DNA of 64,000 bases from Chloroflexota bacterium (GTDB taxonomy: Bacteria > Chloroflexota > Limnocylindria > P2-11E), in contig VBDU01000071.1 of NCBI GenBank assembly GCA_005883625.1, positions 17,233 through 81,232 on the forward strand, written 5' to 3'. Positions within the stretch are counted from its first letter, which is position 1. Every line of letters begins with the position of its first letter. Below, in pieces: positions 63,848 to 64,000 of this stretch. Position numbers and translations under genes: made by a program. A model generated the notes under the pieces. That model saw only the letters and a list, made by a program, of their open reading frames with translations. It was not told where the DNA came from and made no database searches.

Positions 63848-64000
63848 TTGGCCGCACCCCGTACCCCGGGTGGAGCGCGCTCGAACGCGGCGATCCTGGG
63901 CCAGGTCGGATTCATGGTCGCGGTCCCCATCGCGGTAGGTGCCTGGCTCGGACAGAAGCTCGATGAGTCGGCCGGCACCGCACCCTGGGGACTGCTTGGA
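63848..64000 (+). CDS. AtpZ/AtpI-like small membrane protein; 3' end runs off the window
   Basis: The frame is open from 63800. TTG 63848 gives ..AAILGQVGFMVAVPIAVGAWLGQKLDESAGTAPWGLLG, the pattern seen in ATP-synthase protein I-type genes. Position after wecA fits the atp-operon synteny. Confidence 0.4.
   Translation, partial: MAAPRTPGGARSNAAILGQVGFMVAVPIAVGAWLGQKLDESAGTAPWGLLG

Noticed and set aside
1-64000. tRNA, rRNA, tmRNA, RNase P, SRP RNA genes; IS elements
   Set aside because: I found no conserved cores by eye (T-loop GGTTCGAATCC-like, RNase P GGAAAGTCCGG-like, tmRNA or SRP motifs) and no transposase- or integrase-like ORFs. A covariance-model scan would be needed for certainty.

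Overview
Very GC-rich, densely coding bacterial chromosomal segment with about 75 protein genes (GC content not computed). I recognised no rRNA, tRNA, CRISPR array, transposase or integrase. GTG/TTG starts and 1-4 nt start/stop overlaps (ATGA, GTGA, TGATG) are very common, so much of the window is organised as long translationally coupled operons. Many long Arg/Ala/Pro-rich ORFs in the six-frame track are off-frame artefacts of the high GC content. Main blocks:
- 1-2.9 kb: aminotransferase, membrane proteins and a CGNR zinc-finger protein.
- 2.9-6.8 kb: coenzyme F420 cluster (LLM oxidoreductases, an Fgd-family enzyme, two PPOX-class proteins, CofE).
- 6.9-11.4 kb: zinc-ribbon protein, two GNATs, an OmpR-type two-component pair and a PIG-L deacetylase.
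- 12.4-22.3 kb: amino-sugar / peptidoglycan-recycling island built around a 10-gene overlapping minus-strand operon (NagZ, AnmK, MurQ, BadF-type kinase plus unusual members).
- 22.5-29.5 kb: membrane-anchored Mo-oxidoreductase, S9 peptidase, GNAT, DUF72.
- 29.5-35.8 kb: lipid block (UbiE/MenG, acyl-CoA dehydrogenase, acyl-CoA ligase, GMC oxidase, lipoprotein).
- 37.6-49.9 kb: long minus-strand array comprising Nudix, a ligase-ACP-acyltransferase fusion, an MBL hydrolase, a DsrE-like gene interrupted by an in-frame TGA, TauE, NAPRT, SDR, UppP, two unknowns, and PmbA/TldD.
- 50-57 kb: housekeeping backbone (YjbQ, threonine dehydratase, PrmC, Csp, TsaC, RpiB, GlyA, Upp, WecA-like).
- 58-64 kb: DUF72, a second S9 peptidase, a Hint-domain lipoprotein, DUF3052, a CheY-like receiver, CorA, and the start of an AtpZ/AtpI-like gene.

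Most interesting observations:
- A candidate selenocysteine codon (U-x-x-C) with a SECIS-like hairpin in the DsrE-like gene, in a TauE/MBL sulfur context.
- A dispersed family of G5/C5-hairpin REP-like elements. It includes a 3-copy tandem array and copies that lie in-frame inside coding sequence.
- The expanded peptidoglycan-recycling operon.
- A 44-bp duplication of a gene junction.
- A tri-domain acyl ligase-ACP-PlsC fusion.
- A lipoprotein ending in a Hint (bacterial intein-like) domain.
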